Made by a program: the position numbers and the translations under genes. From Tubulanus polymorphus (lineage: Eukaryota > Animalia > Nemertea), in contig NC_134031.1 in assembly GCF_964204645.1 (NCBI RefSeq), forward strand, positions 12,712,088-12,776,087: a DNA stretch of 64,000 bases, read 5' to 3'. Positions within the stretch are counted from its first letter, which is position 1. Every line of letters starts with the position of its first letter. The notes below the pieces were generated by a model, which saw only the letters and a list, made by a program, of their open reading frames with translations, was not told where the DNA came from and ran no database searches. Below, piece after piece: positions 13,385 through 26,137 of the stretch.

Positions 13385-14560
13385 TTTTTGGTTTACCTTT
13401 GTCAGCGATATGATGTTGGCATTGGGCCTATTCATGTAAAATCGCGGTACGTTCTTTTATATGAGCATTTGTTTCATTGGTTCTAGGCTTAAACGACGTA
13501 TAATCAATGCGATTGAAGACATGGCGAACCTCCGTCGATGACATGGTCAAGAGTTAAAATTCTACGAAAAACTGTTTTTGGCGGGAAAATTCTTAGCTCT
13601 CGCGTATAAAATTGCAATGACCTCGATTGGGGGGCATCGTCTCTACGAGCGAATGGGATTGGCTGTTTTTGGGATATACGGGGAATTCCGGCGCTACTAA
13701 AATAATTGTGGGAAAGCCACAGAATGGCGTACGTTTGGACTAGGTGCCGTATACGTGTGAATTTCAAATGCTCATTGCTGGTGAGAATGTAATTATTTCA
13801 CACATCCGCAGGTATTGTTTCATTTTAATACCCAGTGATTGTTTTGATTGAGGTGATCGTGTGAAAACATGCCTTGACATGTGGCCTAGTTTAAGTTTTC
13901 CAAGAAACTGGCAGTGTTCCAATAAGCTACCATTCATTCTCATAGTGACTGTATTAAAGCTGGTAACGTAAAAGCGCGCACATATTCAAGGTACTGTTTC
14001 ATTTTTAACACTGAGATGACGCTCTGGACGAAGTTATAATTTTAGAATAATTCTCGAAATCTATGCTATTAGATAAATTTCCCGTGCACAAGGTAGATGA
14101 TTTTTGCGATATTGTTTGTAAAAAAACAAGTTTGCGATTGATGTAAAAAAGGTTGTAAATTTGTTTTTTTTGCCCAAAAATTTTGCAAAAAAAATTTCTA
14201 CCTTCCTACTGACTGATCCTGAAAAGTTGAGTCGGTGATACGGCAAACAGACAATTATTTTGGGATGGCCTTATTTGAATATTTTTTTCATATTGTGAAA
14301 CATATTTTTTTGAAAATATAAAATAGTTTCCCTGCCGCGCCTTCGTGTGTACCCTACAAACTTTTGGACGTGGACCGTAACCAAATGTATATCTTTGGTC
14401 TTGTTTGACTAAAAAATGATTATTTAAGAAAGATAAAATACAATATAAACTTGTTGAACATTGAAGTCACGAATTAAAAAGATTTTTCAAGCAATGCCCT
14501 TATTCCAAACAACCTCTAGCTTTCAAGGTAAACCTCACTTTGCCCATGGGCAATTTATTT
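13385..14560 (+). mobile_element. HINE family A (subTIR GGTTTACCTT / AAGGTAAACC, 3' palindrome TTGCCCATGGGCAA)
   Basis: T-run start, complementary subTIRs and 3' hairpin. Homologous to 44898-46056 and 50777-51944. Confidence 0.8.
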
Positions 14561-15701
14561 AACCTCCGGGCTGTCATGGACAACTTTCGTGCTCGCCTGA
14601 AGCTGAAAACTCAGTCAAAAGTTTTCTCACACAGTACCTTTTTCTATGTCAGAATTTTCAAAAGTAAAACACTCCCTGGTGGGTGGAAGGGGTCCCCAAT
14701 CAAATGTCCCTTAGACTACCCTCATGGTACCTGTATTACATACATCTCACATAAGTTTCACATTAATCAGTTGAGCAGTATTCCTGTTACTAGTCGAATA
14801 ATGCCTCATTCATATATAAATATGATGCTTTTACTTGTGTATACGGCACAAGGCTATAAAAATTCCTCAGTTGTGTTCAGTCGAGCAATGTCCTAATTCA
14901 ACGGCAAAACAATCGACTCGTAGTAGAGATAAAAAAATCACTACTGCTTACGTGTTTGCTACAGATCTAGAACACAGCTCCATCAGTGCATATAAGGACA
15001 CACACACACAAACACGTATTTAGGAAGCGCTGTGGGAATAAGACATGTACATAATACGCATACGTAGATGGATATCGTTTGAGTCGGGTTTAAATTTTGA
15101 TGTTTTCAGTCCGAGCTCAGTCCAACAATCAAACTCGCGATTCAGCGGCGAATTCATCGTATTTCGTCTTTGTTTGATCGTAATTATCTCTCCTCAAACA
15201 TAAAAACTTTACAAAAAAATACAGGTTCAGAATGTTCTGAATCTTGCCTTTTACATAAATATATCTTGCATACTATCAGTTTTGGGTTTGTTGCTTATTT
15301 TGCGGATTTTCTTTGACGCGAAAGCGTGGATGTGTGAATTGGTGGCACGCCAATTTCATATCACGAATTCAGCATCGGTATTTTGTTTGTTTACCGACAA
15401 GGCGAAATGAACTTCGACCTGGGAAAACTGCGTATGGGTAGACGCAGAATGTTCTCAGGGACACTGTAGATTTTGCGTCGTACTTGTTCGAGTCGTCTGC
15501 AGGAAGAAATTTTAAAATTCTACCGTCGTCAGAAAGGTAGGTCTAATCCTCTCGCTTCGGCGCTAATCTCTTCTTGTGGCAGTCACAATCTGATGGATAT
15601 AAATGGTATCTATCAGGCAATATAAATATATCGGTCGGTTAAGTCGGGAATCTATTGTAATTTTGCTGTTTTGTTCACATACAAGCGCCGCGATCGACAA
15701 A

Positions 15702-18510
15702 ATGGCGGCCGCCGGTATGAACTCGGTTGATTATGATGAAAATCAACAATATGCCAGCTTGAGCCAATCTGAGAGTTCTAATATCGCAATAATCGGTAAG
15801 TTATATTTATTAGCTTTATTCGGTAACTGGTATGATTACATATTGACGGGTTTCTAGCATAAATTTGGGGTTGAACGGGAGCGACTCATTATTGAAGGGA
15901 CGACTGTCAATTGACGGAACAGCGGCTAGCGTAGTTCATTTGCGATGAAGCGCTGCGTGAATCAACATTATTCGCGCATGCGCGATAGCTCTTGTGGCTA
16001 TTACATCGAGAAAATCTCCTCCCTGCAACAAAACCGCATGATATTTATGTTATGACAGCAATTAGGCCTAAACAATCCATGTACTGGTACTGCTTCAATA
16101 GGCTATCAGGCCTACGCGTAAAGTTGATAGGCCTAATTTCTAATGAGACATTTCTTCTCGTATCTATTTATGAGATATGTAAGTCAACACATTTCTTTCT
16201 TCTCATTTTTTTTTTTTTTTATTCATTAGTCAAAATATTGTATTAGGCCTTATTGAAAATATATTATGCCTTTTAGGCTTTTTTCATTATTTTTTTCCAG
16301 ATTCAGACTATCAAATATCACACAAATTAAAACTAATCCCAAGCCATCACATCTTCCATTGTCCATCTCCCAGATTTTTGTGAGCATTTCCCTTTTTTTA
16401 ATTACAGTCAAACCCGCTTTATTCGGATCACTCGGGACCGCTAAAATTCGTCCGAGTTATGTGAAATCCGAATTAAATAGATAGCCTTTTGTGTAGCAAT
16501 TTACCATGCCTCTACCATTGAAAAAGACAACAATGAGTTTGGCACTTTAAATCCAAACAAAATATCAATTTTTATTGTATGTATTATTACATTGTATCAT
16601 GAATAAACCATACGCCATCGTAATATAAACAGTCTCAGTCTTTTTTCACAAAGAAGGCAGAAAGCAATGTCTGCTTAGCGCGTTTCGGGACGTCCCGTTG
16701 AAGAAAGTTGTCACATTTCCGAGAGAAAACCAATACTCCATTCAACGAGTTTCTCGTCGGTAGACTTGGCCAGTGCAAATCTGTTTGGAACATCCAAAGC
16801 CCCATGAACGTCGGTGACTGTCGGGTTGGGCTTACGGCCTACTATCGCAACAATCAATACCGTTAGCCTATTTTAATAGTCTGTTGCCTAATCATATACT
16901 GTATATTGCAACGCAGGGATGCGTAATGCAGCACATCACTATGACTATTGAGCGTGGATTGCATCATGTCGCATCGCACGGCTCTGTCGCTGTGCTCTGT
17001 TCGATATCAAAATTTATCATCCGAATAAAGTGGTAAGATTTCAAAGGATATGGACAAATGGGACTTGAAAATTCATCCGGAATAGTCGAAAATCCGAATA
17101 ATACGAACCGAATTAAGTGACATTTTTGTAAGGTATTATAATAAGAAACTGAAGGGACTTTAAAAAATCATCTGAGATACGTCGAAATCCGAGTAAAACC
17201 GATCCGAATAAAGCGGGCTTGACTGTATGGTTTATTTCTAATTATTTCTAGGTCCATTTTGTGAGAAATTGGGTATAGATCCTACATGGATTTCTTCTGG
17301 TCAGGCCTTGCCGGATGATGCATTTGTTACCGATGGTGTTATTTGTGAACTTTTTAAGTATCAAAAGTGTACATCCGAATTTTTCCACTTGTTAGGAAGA
17401 CTGGTTCCAGAGATTTCGGCCTCTGAACATACATCTCAATTGACAGTTTACTACCAGTAGAAACGAATTAAAGAACACTCATCTAAATTGAGAACTTCGA
17501 AAACTAAGCAAACCATTTATTTGAATCGCGAATACAAGCCACCTAGTCCATCATCAACAACAAATCTACATCCGAACAGGGAAGTTGCGACTACTGAAGT
17601 TCTTGCCAACCAGGATGTTAGGATGTTAGGCGACATAGGTCTATGTACCAAAACTGTTCAGACAGATGATTGCATCATCCAAAATCCACCGTCTTTGATT
17701 TCATTAGCCGCCATCGCTGCATCATCCGTATCAGCCAGGGTTGTTCTGAAAAAGTGATTTAAACAGATCTCTAAAATCAAGAATCGGATCAAGCAAGTTA
17801 CACGGCGATACAACAAAATATTTAAACGTAATGGACACTATTCAGTTTGAAATGTTAATAAGAGAGTTAAATGTGCGAGAATGTTAGACAAAAATGAGGC
17901 AAGAGATGAATGATCTGAAGAGTCAAATCAACCAATTACAGCGAGAAAAATCTAATTCGCAAAAATTAAAATCAAAATGGAAACGAAACGCCAAGAAGAC
18001 TGCAGGTACCTCTAGCATTACTTTTAGTCAGTGTGTGGAGCATGCCCAAATGATTAAAGAGATGAAAGAATGTATTAAGTCTTTGGAGTCGAGTGAAATT
18101 ATGGAAAGGCTGGAGTCTAACTCTGTTCCCGAGTCAGAGTCTCAACTCAAGTAAATATGGCATTTATATTTACTGTCGTCGACTGACACGTAAAAAAGGC
18201 TGTTTTAATTTTGAAAGTATATCCATTTATATCCGTAGGTGAAGGAGGTCCGCGACGGCAAACTCGTTTATACAGATTCTATCCGACTTCTTTACATGAG
18301 ACTTTTATCGCTTGGAGTTTCAGTGTCTAAATGTAGTTTAGTTGTTGAGAGTGTTATCAGATAACAGATAACAGCTTAACAGATAAGACAGTAAAAACTT
18401 TGCCTTCAAAAGGCCTGACAAGTTCTCTTCAGGCTGAATGCGAAGTAGCTGAGCAGATTCACGTGGCAGAGGAATTAATGTCTGCTGACAATTTAACGCT
18501 TCAATTTGTG
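15702..18510 (+). pseudogene. Decayed intron-containing DNA transposase N-terminal half (hAT-like DDE family, truncated before the first catalytic Asp)
   Basis: Exons ~15702-15795, 17252-18150 and 18239-18510 with GT/AG sites. The last exon reads VYTDSIRLLYMRLLSLGVSVSKCSLVVESV..LPSKGLTSSLQAECEVAEQIHVAEELMSADNLTLQF, a pattern I recall preceding the TLxxDGT motif of invertebrate DDE transposases. Stops and frameshifts are present. Confidence 0.5.
16405..17225 (-). mobile_element. Tc1/mariner pogo/Tigger-type non-autonomous element inside intron 1 of the gene above
   Basis: TIR CAGTCAAACCCGCTTTATTCGGATC (1 mismatch) and TA TSD. A minus-strand remnant KQTLLSAFFVKKD* resembles the Tigger C-terminal PIP-box. 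Confidence 0.88.
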
Positions 18511-19156
18511 GAAGATTACGGGTCCGAGGCCTGGAGATGTAGCGGTGAGTGAGAGAGACGAATAGACTCAACCCGAACTCTGAGAATTCCATACTACAAC
18601 TGCTATTTATTTTGCACTATATACAGTCAGGCGTGTTGCTGGGTCGCACATGTGGTCCAAATTACCTTGTAAAACGTAGTGGTAGTGTGAGAACGAGAGT
18701 CGTGAGAAATTATCGACACTCCCGCCCGGGCAAATTAATTATGTCTAAAATGATTCTCTAGTAGAAAAAGACGTATATAATTGCCACATGCGCGAACCAA
18801 GCCAAACAATTCAATGATCGATATTACATAATATTTTCCTACTTTCCTATTTGTACTCCAATTATCCGTTTGATCTCAGCTCAATAATTTTCTATTTTCA
18901 TTACTGATCCTTTATAGTAATAAATGGAATATTGTACTATACTTTACCTGTGAAATGTTGATAGTGGATTACGACCTTCAACCATTAGAAACATGTACTT
19001 GAATAGAACCCGATAGTCAATAAAATCTGTATTATTTAAGTTCACGAGTAGATGTTCTGAGCCATCGACTAACAGTTTACATTCACAGTCACCTTTCGCT
19101 GGTCTGTAATATGCTGAAATTCAAAATAAAATGTGTCAATTTATATAAGATTAAAA

Positions 19157-20600
19157 TTAGAATTTGATCGCACTAATGAAAAAATTATCAAACACACCTT
19201 TAATTTCTTCAAGTTGACTGTCGCAGTATGTATCACTAAATGTACCATTTTCATTGTGAATCCTAACCTGTTTGCTTGCCAACCAACCCATTTCAACTGG
19301 ATCTCTAGTGTCCGAAAGATTGCTATGTTTGCACTGAAACGTAGTGTTAGGAAGGAGAAAACGTGGCAATGGTTGTCCTCTATTTTGTCTTTGTAGTAAA
19401 TTCTGTTGCGTTACAGTTAACGGATACGGAATGGGGTTTGAAGATATGTAACTGTTCCGCGCATCACTTGTTTTGGTCGGTTTGTCTATATCATCCAAAT
19501 TATCGTACACAGCAATTTCTTCTTTTTCACACCACTCCTTATAATGATTAATATGCGAACAGTTGTGATTATATACACACGATTCACAACTTAAAACTTT
19601 TAATCGTTTATTCCACTTCACTATGCTCAACACATTATCGAGACAGATAAGTACTAACAACGGGTTAGTACTGAACACAGACACTGGAGATAGGTTTAAC
19701 GAAGCACATACACTGTTAAAGTTATTTACTGATTTGGAATACAGTAATTTAACTGAATACTAATGTATACAGTAATATTTCTCTTCTCTATCTGAAAAGT
19801 CTCCAAATGATTCACTTTGAAGTACATCATTGATGGCTTTTAATTTTGTCAATTGACTTAAACCGGATTGACAGTTGCACGTTAAGAGGTACTTTATCTG
19901 ATTGTCTTTAACGAACTTCATATTTTCCTGAACAACAAAATGTGATGTCGATTTTTCATCTTTCACAACATATGTAGTATCGGATATTTTCCAATGTTCA
20001 TCACTTCTCCTAAGTTTTAACATATATGTGTATCTCTCATCTGGAACTTTGACATTGAAAAATGATGAAGACCTGCAAAGAAAAAATATGCATGTAAATC
20101 TAATTTTTTTCTACCAAGATTTCAATAATACGGATTAAAAAATCGCAGTGGATATTTTACCGTATACGGCTACGTACTTATTTCCTCTCTTTTATCGTAC
20201 ATCGTCGCTATAATGATTTTATTGTTACTTTTTATTAATTAATACTATTGTATATAGTAATAATGTATGGTAAAATAGCGGAAGTAAACACTTTGCCGTA
20301 TACCGTTAAATATCCACTTCGTTAAAAATTGTTTAAAAAAAACTCACAATAGACATGCTGGAGAATTATTCTGCTTTTGTACTATAAGACTTGCTCGTGG
20401 TCGTGGTTTAGGAGGTAAAACATTGACAACAGACGGTGTATCATCTTCTTGTTGACATGGTTGCTGAACTAGCGGAAATTTATCTTGATCATTATTATTA
20501 TTACTAACGATATTACTGATATGTACCCTTTTTTGTGGCGTTTTCAGTACATCATTGTCTTCACGATTTCTTTTTCTACGTTTTGGTGTATGCAACACAC
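19157..20600 (-). pseudogene. Cys/His-cluster (SWIM-like) protein remnant, possibly the N-terminal region of a KDZ/Zisupton-like transposase
   Basis: Intron 20073-20347 (GTGAGT..TTGCAG) joins ORF 20344 in frame to 20072-19157, with one in-frame TAG at 19760-19762. Motifs: TCNC..YCIH, CESC..NCSHI, CKHSN..DPVEMGW. Confidence 0.4.
20144..20321. mobile_element. Small inverted-repeat element (MITE, possibly Crypton-like) in the intron
   Basis: CGCAGTGGATATTTTACCGTATACGGC ... GCCGTATACCGTTAAATATCCACTTCG imperfect TIRs. Confidence 0.6.
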
Positions 20601-21319
20601 CATCAGACCGTGAAAATATGTGCATAATCGTTAAAATAATAACGCAGAATACAGTGGAATAGATTTTAGGCAATAGATAAAGTTACCAAGTGACATGTGT
20701 TAACAGAGTTCCGGTACAGCTGCCGTCAGAGGGCGCTTATAGACGGTATAGGCGGTACTCACTTGCCACAGCAGATTCCGCGGTTTGCGGATACTAGAGA
20801 ATGCGTTTATTGCAAATTTATTTGTTTCTAATACACATATTATTACCGGACTCTGCTGATATAATCTTCAATTTTTTAAAAGATGCGCCTTGATGACGTA
20901 AGGGCTGTAGGCATCGTCTGAAATATACTGATCTACTATGCATGAGCAGTAGGCCCACATCTCCTTGCGTTAAAAGGTCAATCAATACTTTCTTTTACTG
21001 CGGCAGATGCAGGCTACAAGATAGCAGCCGGATCACACGGTACCGTCCATTCATTAGACTATATTGTCTATATATGTCTTGGACATTTGAGGAAAAATTC
21101 AGTTGTCGATTTTTGAATTCCCTGGAAAAAAGGATTGCCCGCGCCAAATCTGCTCACTGTATAGTTTGCTCGGCCGCGCGTGCGAAGTAAATCCGGCAAT
21201 TCGCGCAGTTCTATATACCTATATAAACCCGGGAGAAATATTCGGGCGATCATTTAACACACAACCACTGACGCGACGAAGCTCTCTCCATAGGCTCTCT
21301 CCGTAGATCGTCGACTCAA

Positions 21320-21552
21320 ACCGCGCCAACATCCCGCGCACGGTAATTCGCGCGGTTTACTAATACCGGTTGGCCTACCGCGCCAACATCCCGCGCAAAT
21401 TCCGAGCACGGTAATTCGGGCGGTTTACTAATACCAGTTGACCTATCGCGCCAACATCCCACGCAAGTTCGGAGCACGGTAATTTGCGCGGTTTACTAAT
21501 ACCGGTTGGTCTGTTGTCGACCGCGCCAACATCCCGCGCAAGTTCCGAGCAT
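21320..21552. repeat. GC-rich minisatellite, ~57-74-bp unit, ~4 copies
   Basis: CGCGCCAACATCCC at 21322, 21379, 21448 and 21522. Confidence 0.85.
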
Positions 21553-21854
21553 CATAAAATGCTCGTCGCACAATATCCGCGCAAGTGGTCTATTTTATAG
21601 CTCAATAACGGGTTTCTGCACATCCTTGTTCGTATTCTTGATCTTGTCTGGATACTGTGTCGACCACGATCGCGTGTACGTTGATGCTGCCAAACCATGC
21701 CATGAAAATGAAGGGAATTTAGGATCCTGTTCAACCGTCAACACGGTTTTATAAAAGGACGGTCGCTAAACAGTCAATTAGGCCTAATTTGAAACCATGG
21801 ATGACTGGACCAGATAGTCATTTGACTCTGGAAAATCGACTGTTAGGCCTATTA

Positions 21855-22245
21855 GTATTTATGGATTTCGAAAAAGCATTTGATAAGGTACAACATCAGC
21901 GATTACTTAACAAGCTATTCGGAAACGGTATCAATGATGGGTCGTTTAAATGGCTCAGCAGATTTCTCTGAACCAAAACAGGTGGCTGAAATCAAAGGAA
22001 CTCATCTTGGAATAAATCGGTCTAACGAGTGAAGTCACACAAGGTAGTATTCAAAGTCGTCTTCTTTTCACTATCCTGATAGATGATATACAGAGTAATC
22101 AAAAATGTAACGGACAGAGTATATTTCCAAAACGATCTAAACAAGCAGTGCTCTGTTCATGGTCAGAAAGTTGGGCTTCTACCTGAAAGGCATGATATGG
22201 ATATTGGATACAAAGAAAACCCAGGTTCAGATTATACCTTGGTGT
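21855..22245 (+). pseudogene. Degraded CR1/L2/Jockey-clade reverse transcriptase fragment
   Basis: FMDFEKAFDKVQHQRLLNKL...W..RFL, followed by EVTQGS..LLFTILIDDI and FQNDLN in shifted frames. Confidence 0.8.
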
Positions 22246-22399
22246 TCGAATGAGAAGATTATTTTGTTCGAATTATGATTACTTATTATAACGAGATAAA
22301 CCGTTTATTAACGAAATTACGGACAGACAGTAGGTCGCTTGAAGTCTACTGGAGGTCTACTGGTCATGTGAAGAAATTCAATGATAATGTTATCTCTGT

Positions 22400-22580
22400 C
22401 AATGATGTACCAGTACCAACCGTAGTTGAATATCCAATATTCAATTCACAACCCTCTTTTGAGTCTGTCAGAGTCCAAGTCCGAGTCCGCACAGCCTGAT
22501 CTGAGCATAGAGCTGCGACGCTCTGCTCGGGTACATATTAAACCTGAATGGCACAAAGATTATGAAACGAGTATTAAATG
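22400..22580 (+). pseudogene. Gypsy-type LTR retrotransposon pol C-terminal scrap
   Basis: ELRRSARVHIKPEWHKDYE at ~22509-22566, the typical post-integrase RRSxR..P.W..DY motif. Confidence 0.55.
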
Positions 22581-23398
22581 TTGAAAAGGTATTGCATTTG
22601 AATTATATTGTGTACTCTTATTTTGGACTTCTGTTTTTTTTCTTTCTACACAAATGTTGTAGAAGTTTATTTTATAATTTATTGAATCATGTCTGATTAC
22701 AAATACTCGGTATTTTCTGTGTATTCAGATGTGATTCAATACATGCATCTTTCCTGGAGAAACTAAATGCACTACACACAAATCGTAAATTTACTTCAGA
22801 AATAGGACCATCTACACTTCCATTTCTAGATACGTATATTTTGCTCCCACGATGGTGCCTTCACTTCTCATGTATTTAGAAAATCAACTTACACTAGCTT
22901 GATTCTAAACTTTTCAGCTTTGTGTCCTCAAAAATGGAAATTTGGCTTAATCCAATGTCTGTTCCATAGAGCATATACCATTAGCAGTAGTTGGCTTGTT
23001 TTTTCACAAGAAATTGATTTCCTCAAAAACGTTTTCCACAAAAATGGCTACCCACAAGATTTGTTTAATTCGTGTCTGAGAAGATTTTTGAATAACAAAT
23101 GTAAAGATGATACTCCAGAAAGTATGGTTGGAGGATAAGGTTGAAACACTTTTTTTCGTTCCTTACATAGGTCTCCCTTCGATTATATTTAGCAGAAAAC
23201 TCAAGACTCTATTCAAACAATATTACAACGTGGATATTCGTATTGTCTTTACTTCTTTCAAAATTAGGAACTACTTTTCGCTCAAGTCCCATACTCCTTC
23301 ACCCTTGTTGGCCAATGTAATTTATCAATTCAAATGTTTGCGTGATGCAAATAACACATACACTGGTAAAACAATGCGACATTTGGCCACAAGTGTGA

Positions 23399-23756
23399 AG
23401 CCTAGAGCACATCGACAGTGCTATTGGAGACAACTAGTTGCAAGGCAGTTTTTGGTGCATGAGAGGAACTGGCTGGATACGATCAGTTGCTTGAACGTGT
23501 CGATGTGAGCGAGCTTACGATTGGTAAGCGTCGATCTATCTCCAGTTCCAGCCAGTTGCCCATGTTCTACTTTTGAGCAACTGGTTGTACTCAATCGCAG
23601 TCATATCCGTCGATGTGCGCGCTCTGAATCTCGACGATCGACACGCGCCATGCAGTTGCTGCAACTGACCGGTTGTAACTAGATTTCGATGTGCACGGGG
23701 TAATCGTTCGGTAGCAACTAGTTGTCTCCAATCGCAGTGTCGATGTGCGCTAGGCT
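23399..23756. mobile_element. PIF/Harbinger-type MITE inserted in the Penelope GIY-YIG domain
   Basis: TIR AGCCTAG(A/C)GCACATCGAC(A)..GGAGACAACTAGTTGC of ~50 bp. TSD TGA/TAA. Confidence 0.85.
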
Positions 23757-26137
23757 TAAAGGAGCATGGAACTTCGCCTTCAGCAATTAAGGAACATTTA
23801 ACATCATGTAAAAATTGTGCATCTAATTTTTCATCAAAAACCAACTTTTCAATCATTGATTCTGGAAAAAATTACTTTGAAATCACCATCAAAGAGGCAT
23901 TATATATGAAATCTAAAAGACCATGTATTAAAGGGTAACTGACACTTTTTTTTAAATTTCAAAATATGATGTATTCTATGGATCTATACACTCATCTTCA
24001 ACCGTTGTGTTCCAAAATGTTTAGTTTACGCGCAATTTGTGATTTTGTAACAAGATTTTTGACCTCATTTCGTTGTTTACATCGCTTACAGTTCAGCGTC
24101 GGCTTAATCAGCAGGTGCGCGCTGCAACGTCATTACAGGCAGAGCTGAGAAATAGCGTCTATAGAAATGCGTTGAATTTTGAGGAAACTGCGTGTATTTT
24201 CTGTTATATCTCAATGCCAGATTGCTTTACAGCTTTGAAACTGGACAAGGAGGTAAAAGGATCTATTGTCTATTTCATAAACCTATTTCAAAGAACCAAT
24301 GAGTAATTTGAATAGGCTAAATCGATCAAATTGAAGATGCAGATTTCAATCCGCTGCTATGAAGCTATTAAAGTACACTATGCTAAGCTCTCAGCACTGT
24401 TACTGCTGCTCCATAGTTCACCTATAGTTCAGCACCACAAGCATACTACACAGTGTCTTATAACCGATCACAGATTTCGATCTCGCTAAAGAATAAATAG
24501 ATTCATATTCGTTTACTATTTTTTCATAGTCATTTAAGACTTAAGAATAAGTAGTTTGAAAACTAACACTTCAAAACTCTACAGAAACTTTCATAAATTT
24601 CTACAGCCTTTACAACAAATATTCAAAGGAATAATGTTTTTCGATTAAAGTTTCACGCTGCAGAAGAGTTTTGATAGATTACATCACAAATCTTTCACAA
24701 ACATTATTTCCATGTTTTAAAATAGGATGGATGAGGAAATATTCTAATTTTGTGACCAAAGCCGCTACCAATAGGGGGTATATTTCAAGAAAAGAATTGA
24801 AATTGTTCTTGCGGCTAATTCTGTTAAGTTTCATCAGTTCATAATTCAAAATATTCTTAGATCTAACCATGATCTATTATCTAGATGATAATACAAAACG
24901 ATGATTTAAACATCCGTGTTCCTTGCTGTCTACTAGAAAATGCCATGGATTGCTATTCAAATCCTATTTTTGCGCTTAGTTTGAACGGATATGGTCCATT
25001 CAACAGCTAATTATAATCATTAATATGTAGACTTTCAAAATCAAGAGGCATTTTGTCTCAATTCGAATGCCAAATAGGTATAAAATTAAGTTGAATTGCT
25101 CTTGTAGCTTATTTCCTATTAATTTCTATAGACATCATTTCCGAGCCATCACTTTAGTGACGTAGTTCTATTAATAGACACAGTACCGCGCGTTCAGCAT
25201 AAGCAATGTATACACTGAACAGGTGCGCGAACATCAAAATCATCAATTCGGAGTAGATTGAAAAGACTTTTCCAATTATGAAATCACCTAGCCTTATAGT
25301 ATCTATACTATTAAGCAGAACGGATGGTATTTATTGCGACGCATTATAGGGAAATTAATGCATGTATTGAAACGTCCTTTTATTGATGCTTAATACCAGT
25401 TTTTCCTGTCATCAAGTTACATGTTTTAAACAGATTGGTGGTCCGAGGGAGTCACAATATTCATTGCAGGCCCGAGCTGAAATTCGGTTAAAAAAGATGT
25501 GTTCGCCATCTAACAGTAAAGTACCGTACTATACTTCTGTAGTAATACTATAGTAATTTACTGACCTGAACGACCTTTAAGATACACAACGCAGCATCAG
25601 AACAGTACATGACACCCTTGGTTTGCCGAGCGAGCTAGATGGTACACTGCTGTGCTTTGAAGTGTAATCACGCCTGCAGTGCTGCCATCTGGTGACAATG
25701 ATGTACAACTACTGTTCACAGAGTAGAGAATACAAGATGATTTCTAAACTGTGATTTAGGGCGCTTTTCCATAAGAATTTCTAAACTGTGATTTAGGGCG
25801 CTTTTCCATAAGAATTCAATTGATTTCCATTTCACAAAATGTAATAGGCAGACAATTGTCTGAAATATCTGAAAATAAAATTTTGGCAAGGTCTCGTAGG
25901 AATTACATTTGTAGCCTAAACTTTTAATTATTTCTATACAAAATATTTGTAAATATAGATATTTTGAAAATGAGTGACCTAGTACATTTAAATAGGCTAA
26001 AGGTACCTTGGGTATTTTTGCAGTGAGACCCTAATTGTAGATTGCTTTATCTTGAGTAGGCACAAGCTTTGAAATGAGCATTTAACAAATGTCAATCTTT
26101 GCCATTGAGACATATAAAATAGGGTACCGGTATTAGG

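Noticed and set aside
14557-14600. piggyBac-like TTAA-CC terminus for the 15.7-18.5 kb transposase remnant
   Set aside because: No matching second terminus found.
25741-25815. 37-bp direct duplication as a regulatory repeat
   Set aside because: A simple local tandem duplication with no further support.
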